A stretch of 64,000 nucleotides of DNA from contig CM074512.1 of the NCBI GenBank assembly GCA_037379345.1, forward strand, positions 67,167,597-67,231,596, in the 5' to 3' direction. Position 1 is the first letter of the stretch; every line of letters begins with the position of its first letter. Origin of the DNA: Perna viridis (Eukaryota). The position numbers were made by a program, and so were the translations under genes. The notes beneath the pieces are model-generated. The model was not told the DNA's origin and did no database searches. It worked only from the letters and a program-made list of their open reading frames with translations. Positions 27,956 through 41,400 of this stretch are shown here, in pieces.

Positions 27956-30900
27956 ATCACAAACTTTTTCTATGACAACCACTATTATTTGTATTATTTT
28001 GTGTAATTATTAAGGGTAACTTTTGAGGGAGAACCGGTGCTACAATTGTTTAGTCAAGACATGTAATTTGATTTAAAGTTATGGTACTCGAAATATATGG
28101 AGATAAACTGTAAGCTTTGGTAGATGTTATGCCTAGTATAAAAATGTTGAAATAACTTGACAAAAACACCATGACCTAAATGAAACATTGAGGACAATAG
28201 AATTATTTTAACACCAGAGTTTATTTTTATTGAAAAACTAAGTAAATGCAGTAAACTGTAATATACATGCCTTCGTTTGAATAATTTTTTCAATGATAGC
28301 ATTCTTAAAGCACTGGGAGGATAAATTGAAGCCTTATTGTTTCCCATTCATACTATAGGCAGGACTTGCTGTTAAATTTTGCCATTGTGTTCACAATTTT
28401 TAGAAAAATGATCAAGTCATCATCGATATTTTTGACTGAAGTGCTTCATTGTGATAAAATTGATCTCAAAGTCTAGGGGTATTTAGAGGCAAGAAAGGGA
28501 AATTGCACATTTTTTACTAGAAAAATGAATGCAGTGTATGTGATAACAATTGATAGTTAAATTTATGTTTTGAGCTAATATAGTCCAAACTGTTAAAAAA
28601 ACTGTTGTAAATGCTCAATACATTTGTATACAAGGATTCCATGACCTGATTTGGTACACACCCTTAACATTCCTTTTTATAATGAGAAACCGAGCACTGA
28701 CATCATATTTAAGTGCCTTTGGCTCTTTTCATAACCATTGCATCAGTTCCATTTTGCCTTGAAATAATTTGATATGGTGATTTTTCATGTTTTGACCATT
28801 TTTATGGAGCTTACTCTTTCAGAGTGTTCCTGAAGAGTGAAAAAATTTACACAAATTTTGTTTAGGAATGATTCAATGTTAGATGATGAAATATGATCAA
28901 TTCTAAGGGTATTTTATCACTTTTGTTCCAAGTGATATCGTGGTTTTTGGAGAGGTTTATATGACATGCATAGCATAGTCTTGTCTTGTCCCTTCAAATG
29001 AGCAGTAACATGAATATTTAAACATAGTGAATATATATTGCATAATTAAAGAAGGGATGAACCTAGAAGTCAATACCAGTGCAATCATTATAACATATTT
29101 ATTTGTCATGTTTCATCATTGAAATCCATTTTATTTGTTTTTGATATTTATTGCATTTTTACTGTCTCAGTATTCAGTGCGTGCAATTAATATTTTGAAG
29201 TATACTTGCCAGGAGTATTGAGAACAAAGGGGAATTGAAAAAAAGATGATTTGTGATGTTAATTATATATATATATACATATGTACAGTACAATGGCTCT
29301 TTTAATTACCATATCAAGTACAATCAAAATTTTAAGTGTGAGCGTTGTTTTGCTACCCCTGAAAATGTTAAGTTATATCCCATATTAATTTTTTTTGTCC
29401 CTGATTTTGATATGAATATATTTAAGTATGTGTTAATACCAACCAGTGCTTCTTAGAATGTACTTAATGCTCATATGCTTTTAATCCCATGGTAATGGGG
29501 GAAAATATTAATTATTTCTGAAAGAAGGAACCCCCATGAAAATAAATATCAGAAAAATTGGGGTAACATTTTATTCACACAGTGCAGTTTGCAAGCAATG
29601 TTATTTTTGTATTATTTTGTTGTCTGATAACTATAAAGGGAAATATCACAGGTGTGCAAAATGTTTATTGTTTTGCACTTGGAACTAGTATTTCTCTCAA
29701 ATTGAGAAATATGTCTCTGAGATTTCAGCTCGGTGCTACTTAATTGTATTGAACCTTGAATAATAGAGTGCCATACAATGATGAAAAAACTTTTTACTGG
29801 TTCTGCCTCATGTTACTAATAAGGCCTGACATTTTTATTGTGTAGTGTAGTCTTCATGCCGTCCTGTTTTGAGATTTTTTTGACAATTTTTGGTGTGTGA
29901 ATTAGGCACATTTGGATATAATCTCACAAAGTCACAAGTTTCATGATATATTAGCAAGAATACTATTGTAACTATATCTACTGTTGTTACTGTTATGCCC
30001 CAGAAATCATTGTATTTATGGGAGTGGATGACTTTCTCTTGTTGAGACAAGCAAGCAACACAAATTGTTGGTGTTCTGTTTAAGCCATGATTGCATCCCC
30101 TCAAATACAATTACATGTATTTGCAGAGCAGCTGTTGTGATTAAAACAACATCATTATTTAGTGTATTTCAAATTTGAATGCTATCTGGCTATTCACTAG
30201 ATTTAATGAAATACTTGTGATTTGTGATGTCTTCAGATTAAAGAGGTAGCTATTTCATGCGAGGTGTGAGGAGAATTCACATTGGTTAGAAAGATATACA
30301 AAATAATGACAGAAAACATCACCGAGAGCAAGATGTGATGTTCTGTATAGATGTTAAAAACTTGTGTTATTCTGTTTATCTGTGATGTCTCAGTGGATCT
30401 GACACAACAGTGTCATTTGAAATTGCAGATATTTTAAGTATCACAGCAGTATTCTAAAAAGGTGCTGATCTTCTTGAATGTATTTAAGGTTTTATTGTGG
30501 TTAACAGGAACAACAGTAGAAATTTTATGGTAGTGAAGTATTATGGCATGTAGTGTAAAACCAAAGTGTCTTTCAATTTTTGTTTTGTCATTTTATTGTA
30601 GTTTTATGCATTGCAGTTTTTGACCTTGTGATTTGAAAGCACATTTAGTCAACCTAGTCTTATATAAAATTGTACAAATTAAAGGTCAAGCATTGTGATA
30701 TATTTGTCATGTGTTCACTTGTCAAACTGAAGTCTCATTGCTGGTCAGGATCTTCCAGTGAAAGCTGGCATTTAATGGGGCTCTCGAGCTTTATATTCAG
30801 TGAACTTGTTTATATTAGATGTTACTAAGCATTGAGCAGCATTATTGAGGAACACATTAGGATAGTATTGGGGCTTGTTAACAATCTTAGAATATAATGC

Positions 30901-31001
30901 TTAAATGTAATATTTCAAAATTTTGGTCATTTTCCATGTTAATACACAATAAAATCATTGGACATTTATTTATTTGTATTCTACCTGCATATATGTAAGA
31001 C

Positions 31002-31010
<9 letters not shown>

Positions 31011-31058
<48 letters not shown>
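31011..31058. repeat. (AT)24 microsatellite
   Basis: Pure AT dinucleotide run. Confidence 0.95.
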
Positions 31059-31061
<3 letters not shown>

Positions 31062-34010
31062 TATATTGCACAATTAAAAGTCCTGTATGTATTAGGTGAT
31101 ATGCTACAACTTTTCATAATGGCCTTTTAGATAGAATATTGAGTTTCGTGGTGGTAAATATATATATATATATTGCCTTTTTTAGTGTTCTAAGTTCCTA
31201 TGTGTTCAATAAATCAGTTATGTGCAAAATAATGATCTTTTTAGACCATTGAATTTTGAATGATAAGATGATGTTGCTGCCTTGATGTTCTTTTCAAAGT
31301 TTTAATGTTTGAAGTCAATTAAAAGCTGATATTTGAATTGACATATCTTATGAAAATACATTACATGCCATTTTATGAGATTACTAGCTCTCAATAGGGT
31401 GATATCATCTTGTTAAGTGTGTTGGGTTGATATACACATTGTATACATATCGTTTGTGGGTTTGTTTTATTATGACTAGAATTGAACCATGTAATATGTA
31501 TTGTTTGTCTGGTGGGTTCATTTTATTTTCAATAGAATTGACCCACATTTTATTTGCTATAATGAGAACTGAAGTCCTCATTCCAAGAACAGAACCTTCA
31601 TCTGTCCTTAAATGTTTTATGAGTTTGCTGTCGTGATTTTATTATTTGTGGTATTTAAATGATGACCTAAAATAATTGAAGTCTAACTAATGCCAGGTGA
31701 CCATTTTTTTTGTTTGTAAATTTTTGGAGGACAACTGATTTGCTGTTCGTTAAAATATATACATATTTGTAATGGAAACATGTTTTCTATTTTGATAATA
31801 ATATAATGAATCTCAATCTAGTTTTAGTAGCCAAGATTTGATATTTTATTGTGAAAATATCTTTAATATTTGATAATATCACTAAATATCAGGCGAACTT
31901 GCAGGTTGTGATTAGTTTTGTTGTGTCTCCTTTTGTCTTCAATCATAGCCTCCAAACAACACAGAAGTGCAAATGTTTTTACTTAGGTACAGTTCATGTA
32001 AGACATTCAGGTAAAGTTAAAAATTGGTTTATTTTGTATTTTGAAGAAGCCAGGCATTGCCAGTTTCTGATTGTTAAATTTAAGATATGGATATGTAGCC
32101 ATCATTTACACCCATGAATCATCGTCATGTTATGGTGTAAAAGTTACTTTAAATTTCCTTGAAGGATTTCACTTGAAGTCCTAGGAGTAAAATTTATCTT
32201 AAGTTGTGACGTCACAATGCTATTTTCTGTTATGATGTCATAACTTGTGATCATTTTTACACTTGCAACTTTTTTTGAAATCAATGTTCAACATGGAAAA
32301 ATATTTTGTAATTTTATTTTTTTCAAGTCCATTCCAGAATTATTGACGTTTTGTGAAATTAAAATGTCTTTTTTATAAGTACATGTATAAGCTCAGTGAT
32401 ATCATGACTTGTGAATGATAATGGTACTGGTTATTGTTTTTATCGAGTGCCAAAACTTTGTATATGTTCTTGAAAACTGATATTGTTGTATTTATTACAT
32501 TTTCTCATCCTCTGCTCATTGAACAATTTCCTCATATTCATGATTTCATTCAATGTAAACAAATTCCGACAGATCTGATAAAGATATGGTGCTTAATGTA
32601 TGCAATTGATACAAATTAGTGCTTCCATGTAAGAAAAAAATATCATGATTTTTTACTTTGCTTATTTTTTATTAAAGAATAAAGTTTTTTTTTCTCATTG
32701 TTGAAGATGATTTAATCAGTCTTAGCTGTGATCTTTGTCTCAACTTTTTGTGCAATGTTTTTTTTTGAAATGTTCATTTATTTTTGTTGTGAATGTTTTT
32801 TAATCTCAAAAACATTTTTACTTCTAACAATAATAATTTTGCAAATGGCAATCTTATTTTTTTTTAATTTTATCGTTTTTATGGAAGGATGGAAGCGTTG
32901 TTGTTTATTTTTTGTTTTTTTGTTGTTGTGAGTGTGGGGAAGTAAACATGTGGCAGGGGATGGTCTGATTGTAATAAAAATGGTATAGAATTTTGTCAAA
33001 TAGATTGTATCTCTTGTTTAATAAGATCCATGTGATAGTTACTACCCCCTTTTCCCTTGTTTCTTAAAATTTCTAGATATATATTGTAGGAGACAGTCAT
33101 AACTAGATGTGTTGGAAGAAAGTTTTGTATTTAAATTGACTCATGATGACACTTTTTCTCAAAATTGATTTTTGGAGTTTTCTTACAATAATACTGAAAC
33201 CAAGTTTTTACATGGTATATTAATACAACTTGTTAAAAATAGTTACTTTTTTTTTTCATCTTCATTACTCTGAAATGCATACATAAAAGACTGCAAAAAA
33301 ATTAATTACACAGCTTTTTTTTTATCAGAACAAAATTTGGATTCTCTGTTGATAACATGCTATTAAAGCATTATATTAAGTGTCCTTGGTTTTATGTCTA
33401 GTCTTCGTCTGTCATTTTCATTATTTGATTTTTGTCTCACAATTTTTTTTAATGATTATCCTCAGATAAAATTTACCTTTTTTTTTTCATAGGGATAATA
33501 CTTACAGTGCATACATATGATTGTTTTGTCTTTTTTTTTCAGTATCTAATGTGTAATATTCTACTCAACCATTGTGCCAAGTGTTTCTACTGTGTTATAT
33601 GACTATGTACTTATTCTTTTCAATTGCTGGCCTCACTCTCATGATTATTTGTTTCTTTTTCCAAGAATTTGAGAGCTTTTTTATTAATGTATGCTGAAAA
33701 TAAATTTGGGAAGTAGAACTCAAATGCTACAGTGAAAGTGAGGCTTGTTCAATTTCTCCGACATTTTTTCAATGGGAATGTAATTCAATTCCTTGTTAGA
33801 TGTCACCTAAAGTTAATATTTGGGACCAGCCTATTGTGTGGATGGATATTAACCCACTGTATACTTGAAAATATGTATGAAGAGAGCTATGAAAATAGGG
33901 CGGCATTTATATGTAATATTTCATGTCAGGCCAGAAGGTGTTTGTTTTTTTAAATCTAGATCAAACATCTGTTTAACTTGTATTTTTTTACTTCTTGAAT
34001 GTGGTTGTTC

Positions 34011-34016
34011 AATAAA
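34011..34016 (+). terminator. Candidate distal poly(A) signal of DDX3
   Basis: AATAAA followed by a T/GT-rich tract at the end of a ~6 kb TE-poor, U-rich region. Other AATAAA sites at ~30948, 31208, 32678 and 33698. Confidence 0.4.
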
Positions 34017-35842
34017 AACATTCATTTCTGTAACATTCGTGTTCATTTCCATGATAGATAATTACATCAGACTTTCAGTCATGAAAAGTAGAAAATATTT
34101 TAGTTGCCAGTCAAACCAAAAAGTAATTTCCATTATGGTCTTTATCCCACATCTGTCATATTACATTGTTCCTGTTATGATGTTGTAAACCGCTAGTATA
34201 ATAAAAGATGTGTTCAGTATATGCCAGTGGTACCCAGGGATTTACATGTATGAATTAAAATATGGATTGTGTAAAAGATGCTGACCAGAAACCCTGTGCT
34301 TTCCAGAGGATAGTTTATCATAAAAATTATTTTCTACAGATTTTGTCTGGGAGTAGAAAAAAAGAAATTCATTTACATTCTTTCCAACTGGTCAATATCT
34401 AGGTCAAATTTTGTTTTAACCATAATAGATCACATAGAAACTATCTTATGATATCATAATTCTGACATACGTATCCAGTTCAGTGCAAAAACTTTGATAA
34501 AACCCCACATTTCATTTTTTCTGTTCAGATCTGTACTTTTCAGAAAACCATACATTTGTCTCTCACTAAATTCAACGAGATCAAACAAAATCAAGAACGA
34601 TAACTCTTTCAAAGTGCTAATTTCATGTACAATCTATATAAATTTTATCTTAAAAGTGCAACATCCAAATGAAAATTAGTGTCTGGTTATTTTGTCCGTA
34701 ACTTTTTTAAGATTAGAAATAAAAGTGAATTTGTTGGGTTTTTGACACACACGAATCGCCTCCTGCCTGATTTTTACAAAGGCTGCTTCTTAATAGCTTA
34801 AAATATGTAATCAAATTTGTGTCCCCTACCACCACATGGAGCAGTGGACATACAAATGTCAGGTGTCTGTTTATATGTCCATCCCACCACTGTTTGTGCC
34901 CTCACCCACATTTCTTGCTTAAATTTTATATTAGATTCATACAGAATGTTGCTACCACTAGTAGCTGACTGATAACTTGTTAAGAGTTATTTCCCTTTAA
35001 ACTACATGAAACTTATTTGTATCCCTACAACATGGAAAGCATTGCGAAGCCTACACTTACTGATGAATTAGTACAATTTATTTATCTTCAGGTTGCCATC
35101 GCCATTAGCATGGACTAGTGGGATGCTGCAAGCTGACTGATAGTTTTTTTTTTTTTTTTTTACAATAACTGTTGTTGCTCTTTGAACTTAGAAAATTATT
35201 GTAAGTGACATTGTATCATCTGCATTCGTTACATACTTTAATAATACTTTCCCCTTCATATTTTCAATTATTTTGTTAGAATGTCACAGGGACACTGTTC
35301 TTCAAGTGGTTGTCAATTTTTATGATTTAAATCTGACATTTTATAACAAAATCCCATCTCCTGCACTTAATAGTTATGTAACTGAATTTATTGATGCCTA
35401 AAATGAAAATACAGTAAAAATGGAGATTCATTATGAATTTATTGTTGATCACATTTGTAATTCATAAAAAAATATGAACCTTAAAAATATTTCCCTAAAA
35501 ATTGCAAGTGCAGATGCGTAAATTGTCATCTGTTGAAGCATTATGCTAAGTTTCATAGCTGTATCTTATACAAGTACATTTAAAACCAAAAAATATTGAA
35601 GTCTTGATAATTGCCCAGGTTGAACAAAGCAATCTGTCAAGTTATTAAGTAGCACCCCAGGTAAAAATCATGCAAAATGTGGAAAGCCTACATATTTTTG
35701 AAATTTTGTTTAAAATGTTATAGTTAACAGATATAAACATATGGCTTTTCTTAGGAGATAAACATTACAAAGAGTGTACTGTAGAATTCAAAATTAAGGG
35801 AGACAACTCTGTAAATGACACTGAAATGCAATAGAAACTATT

Positions 35843-36233
35843 GGTCTCACTAACCACTTCTAACGTTTCCATTACTTTACATGTTAAAAATGTAATTATC
35901 AAAGTCTCACTGTGAATTCCCAGGACAAATGACATCTTAAAGTTGCATACCGTTGCGAAGCTTGGAAAATAAGGCTTCCAAAATCAGTATGCTAATGGTA
36001 CGATGATAGTAGAAATTCTTCACAAAATTTACTTGAATAAATAATACTGAAAATCCACATTTTTACCTGTTCTGCTAATTGACAGCATGGAGGCAAATTA
36101 CTGACACATGTAAACAATATTCATACACTTTCGTAGTTAATTATATACATGATTTTAAAGTACACATTCTCAGCTTCATTTTGACTACTTTTAATCATAA
36201 TACACACAAATAATGCACTTACAATGCATATGT
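35843..36233 (-). mobile_element. MITE family A, truncated inverted copy
   Basis: Reverse complement of most of 14900-15359, with only one TIR kept. Confidence 0.85.
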
Positions 36234-36356
36234 AGACAGATTGGAATGAATGATAATACATTTTATCATAGACCCACAAAACAACTTTATAACAAAATTA
36301 AAAATGTGTAGCCTATTTAGAGGTGTATCACATATTTCAGAATTTGCATGATTCTT

Positions 36357-36477
36357 ACAAAGAGTAATCAAGGGAACCAAGGTTATAGCGGTAATCAAAA
36401 GAATGTAATCCAGGGACAAAGACCAGACATGGAAAACAGACATTCACAACAAAGAACATAAAGTAACTAAAATCATA
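36357..36477 (-). mobile_element. Penelope-like 3' terminal fragment
   Basis: aaagagtaatcaagggaaccaaggttatagcggtaat...aaagtaactaaaatcat is nearly identical to 2811-2928. Confidence 0.8.
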
Positions 36478-38433
36478 CAGCTAGCTGGACAATTGGCAAG
36501 GAGATAATTACTCAGATATTTTAATCTAAATTTGATAGAAACTTTTAACTTTGTCAATTTTCCAGCTAACTACTTAGGGAAGTTAATTGGGTGATTTATC
36601 TTTTAATCAAGAGAAGACCCAACTCTATTCCCTGAATTTACCTATATTACTCACTGTAAAGTATATATACTGGTACAGTGGTACTTGATTGTTGTACTGG
36701 TACATAAGGATCAATCTATTAAGGAGTTTACTTATCTTATTAAAACACAAATGGAAGAAAGTACATTTTCAGAACTACTGTACAACATACATATGTACAT
36801 ACATCACTTGCTTTATTCAATTTTCATCAACTCCATTTTGATGTGTTGTATATTTTTTACACCGAGTCCATGCTCCAAGTTTTTACTAAAGTCCAGGTCG
36901 CTCTTTTACTCTAGCGTCAATGAGTGTGATATTTTTGTTATTTCAATTTTTTTTATCATGTGCGATTATTTTCTTGGTTTAGTTATTATCCTTGGAAATA
37001 CATTCTTTATGATTATGGTACAAACCAGTAGAATCCTTGTTCCCTTGGTTTCCCTTGCTCATATATGACTTTGGCTTGACCCCTGAATATTTTAAGTTTA
37101 AAAAAGAGGTGTAAATGTAAATTTTGATTACATTTTGTCCAGATTCTACATAGCAGAATGATTTCATATTTAGTATAGGTTACAAGTCTCTTCCTACTAG
37201 AAGTTCTTTGCTGTTTTAACTAAATAAGTTAAGAAATATATGAGGGAAAACATGAAGAAAAAAGCTAGTAGATAAGAAAAATCCAGTTCATCAGACAAGG
37301 AGAGAAAAATCATGCAACAAGTTATAAACAGAAAGGCATTCTGCACCTTGGCAGGTATTGGGATACCAAGAAGCAGCTATTACCAGACAACATTACGACT
37401 AAGCAGAGATATGGTTTGCCCACTTCAAGACATTAATAGCAGTTTGGTGGCAATTCTTTTGAAAGATACCATGGAAGTGACTAAGCTTACGAGTACCATA
37501 GAAGTCAGATGTATCCAGAGCCTACAACTACCGCCAGTCAAATTGGGTTGCAAGTGATTTCCTCCATAGTTAGTACAGAAAATATTCCAATCAGAGAAAG
37601 GGAGTGAAAATAACCAGAACAAGAAAAACCCATTTATTATTGCATTCACAATTATCAATTCCAGTGAGAATGGGTTTTTAGTTTCATTTTTATTCTATCC
37701 AATCATTTTAGACAATTAAAAATTTAAATATCAAAATTAACTGATACATCTACCTAATCCAATACTTTGGTAGCATTATGTCCGGAATTCCACATGGAAG
37801 AATGGTTTCATATCAGGTCCTGTATGGTTTTATCATTTTATACAAATTCAGGTAGTGTATTGGAGGATTCACATAGTTTTTAAATAGAAATCTTCCATAC
37901 ATTATCAGTGGTAGGGAAGAAATTTTTGAGATAGGACCATTTTCAGGTTTTTTCAAAGATACTCAAAACTTAAAGTGGCCATTTGTTATCAACCATACAC
38001 ATTTCTTTTACATGTAGGGGCAATTTTCTGTCAGAAGGGGTAAATGGCCTATGGTCCCTTACCTTTCCAACACCTGCATTATATGTCTTACTTTATTACC
38101 AAAGAACCACTATATGTCACTTTTTTCGGCAATCTTTCATTGACAACACCTACAAAAATTTTCCATTTCAAACTATTGAACTATGCATCCTAACTTTATT
38201 GCCAAGGCTTTAAAAATTGCAACTGAACTACTGCAAATTAAAAGGTATAAATAATTTTACTTCATTTTAAAATATAAGAGTTTATGTACAAATAGAATTG
38301 CTGTTGATTTATCACAGAATAAAATGCTCTGGCGGTACTTCATGCCTTTTAAAAATGTTTTATTTTAGTATAACCTAACATTTGTCCTTTGGTGGTAAAA
38401 TGTCTTTTAATTTATACAGCACTGTTTTGTCTA

Positions 38434-41400
38434 TCAACGATCCAAGATCTTGAAGAAGTATTCAACCTGAAAAACACAAATACATTCATGAGTGATTGTA
38501 GTACTGTGATTTTTCTCTGAAAGTTCTCTTTGATAAGTTGATTATTTCTCAACACTAGAATAGTGTGAGCAAACTCTGATAGTAACTATATTCCTTTATG
38601 CATATCTACATCTGATGCCAAACCTTCCAATAAAGTTTTATTAAAATGCATTGAGCAGTTTAGGAGAAGTTGCACTTACATGGTTTTAACATGTAAAACC
38701 CTTAAATAGGATAACCTCCCTTTTGAGTACTCCAACTGTGGCAACAGTAAGCACATTTACATATGATGCCTAACCTTCCTACACAATTTTATCGAAATCC
38801 CTTTAGTGGTTTAGGAGGAGTTTTCTTACAAGAAATGTGGACAGATTGAAGTACAGACAATAACAGACAGCTATTGCTAAATACTCCATCAAACTTTGTT
38901 TGCAAGGGGGGATGGGTTATAATTATCTGCATTTGAGTGATATGCTTTTACTACTTTTTTTATAAAAAAAAAATGTTCAGGCCTTGGGGCCATGAAGCTT
39001 AAGAGTGAAGAGGATTTTAAAATCAATGGAAACACAAATAAAATTGTCTATATTGTATAATGTCACAGTTACAAAACTTTTCAGACCTATGCTGTACCAG
39101 GGTCTGCAATAAACAAATTCTAAGGCCATGAAGATATTCATTAGAAGCAGAGATGGAGTGGATATAGATGATCATATAAAGACTCTAACCTCTAATAATC
39201 CATCTTCTGGTAAGTCTGTACAATGGACACCATTCTGTACCTTGTCCATACCATATTTGGCTCGAAGGGTTCTTGGTCTTAAGTGACGAGCTATTTCCTA
39301 CGAAATATCAAAACATTAAAATGAAATGTCAGTTGATACTAATGGATAACCATTGATCACCTTCAATTAAATCAATCTTGATGATAATGATCAATGATAC
39401 TCAGTTAATATAGATATTGCTGTTGTGTCTTTGTGTCATTATTTGACTTTTTAGTTCATTTTGAAGAAGTGTCATCTTTCTGTTACCGTAAATTTTATTA
39501 TTTTTTGCTGTCAGGGCATTTCAGATCTTATTTAAAGCTGTGTTTCCACTTTTTGACGACCTTTTGGTGATCTCTGTAAGTATTACCTGTCTTTATAAAG
39601 GTTATACAGTGGTGCATTTTTCAGATTTTGCATGATTCTTACAAAGACAGCTACTTAAGTTTTCCATTAAAATCTTTTATATTGACATTGACACTTTTAA
39701 AAGCCCTTAAATTAAACAAATGAAGTCTATGTCCTTCTTACTGTGCTGAGAACATATGGTATATTAAATTACAGCAAAAACAAAAAAAAATTGTGAAAAT
39801 ATATGAGGTCTTCAAAACATAGTATTGATTAGGTAAGGCAAATAATTGATTTTTTCTAAGAAGATGGTATGTGTCAAGTTTTCAGGACATTTTATTCAAA
39901 CAAAAGAAGAATAAAGAAAAGAACTGAGTATTGATTGATGAATGATACATGTAGATTAATATTTCAAAATACTAAAATCTTCTTGTATTCATTCTAAATT
40001 ACTGTGTATGTCAAAAAGAGAAAAAAAAAAATTTATCAAAATATACCATTAGTAGCAGTGAAAATAGTTCCTTTTGATTGCAACTGGTACCCCATCGCTT
40101 TTAAAAAAAACAACTTTTTCTGAAATTTGTGGTAAATGTATTCAGATGAGTACCAGAATAATCTGGAATCTATCTATTGCTATCAATTAAATTATTAAGT
40201 TCATTCATGTCAACTTACTGGATCAACTGGACCAACCATTTCTCTGAATTTCTGAGGTGCATCTTGTGCTCGTACTTCCAAGGCAATACATGGCCCAGAT
40301 ATAATCTCAGCAACCATGGAGCCATATTCCTGAACAACACCTTTATAGACCTCATAAAACTCCTCGGCATTTGCCTTCTCCATATTGAACATTTGTAATG
40401 CCGAGATTTCAAATCCAGCCTCGGCTATGTCACAGATGATTTTTCCTGCCAGTCCTATAGTACAAGCACAAATATTTTATTAATTTGTTATATGAAAGTT
40501 TCTTTTTTCTTTTCTGATTCAAGGCAGACATATTTACTAGGTATGTTACACAATGGCCTTTTCAAATTTTGAAAATGATTAAAAATGACCCATTCTAAAA
40601 ACTTCAGTCTAAATCACATTTTATCAGCCTCGTATATTTTGTACATATATCATACCTGCTTTCACAGCATGAGGTTTGATTACACAACAGGTACATTCAC
40701 TGAACCTTGCAGTATTCTGTTTACTGGGGCCACTTGAGGGGAAGAAAAATTCAATTTCTCTTGCTGCTGATGCTGGACTGTCAGATCCATGACAGGCATT
40801 CTCTGTTTTATCTGCAAATACAATCAATATATATGTATTATATATTGTTACTGCATAGATCAGACAATGTACAAAAAGGTATTTTTCAACCATGACAACT
40901 ACAAATTTCAGGGTGATAATTGTTAAGTAAATTAACCTTGATATGACCTAGTTGTTATATATTTATGGTGTACAGGAGGGGGGCAACATTCATAATCTAA
41001 TATCAATTTCATTGTAAATCTTTAATGCAACATTTAATGATACACAGGATCAAGTTGTCTTGAATATTTTTGACAGACACTGCCTCATCAAGTTAGCTAT
41101 ACCTTTTCCAAATCTGGCCCTGATAGACTGTGGGTCAGATTGTCTGGCTTGTGTGGAATCTGTTGGACCTAACAAGTCTCTCCATGCTGAGATAACTCCA
41201 GGTCCCATCAATTCAAATGCTATCACTGGTCCACGAGTTACAAAGTTTAACAAATTACTGAAATACAATACAAAACAAAAGGTAAGTTGACTGAAATAGG
41301 CAAAATGAAATGACCTGAAGGAGACAGACCTAGGCTATGGGACATAAATCTGGAAATCAGTGATATGTTTATATCATATTGAATTTCACCAAACCTATCA

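Noticed and set aside
37290-37660. Slightly GC-richer, coding-looking stretch between DDX3 and NME7
   Set aside because: Multiple stops in the best frame, and no recognisable domain or splice structure. Possibly an old TE relic, but unsupported.
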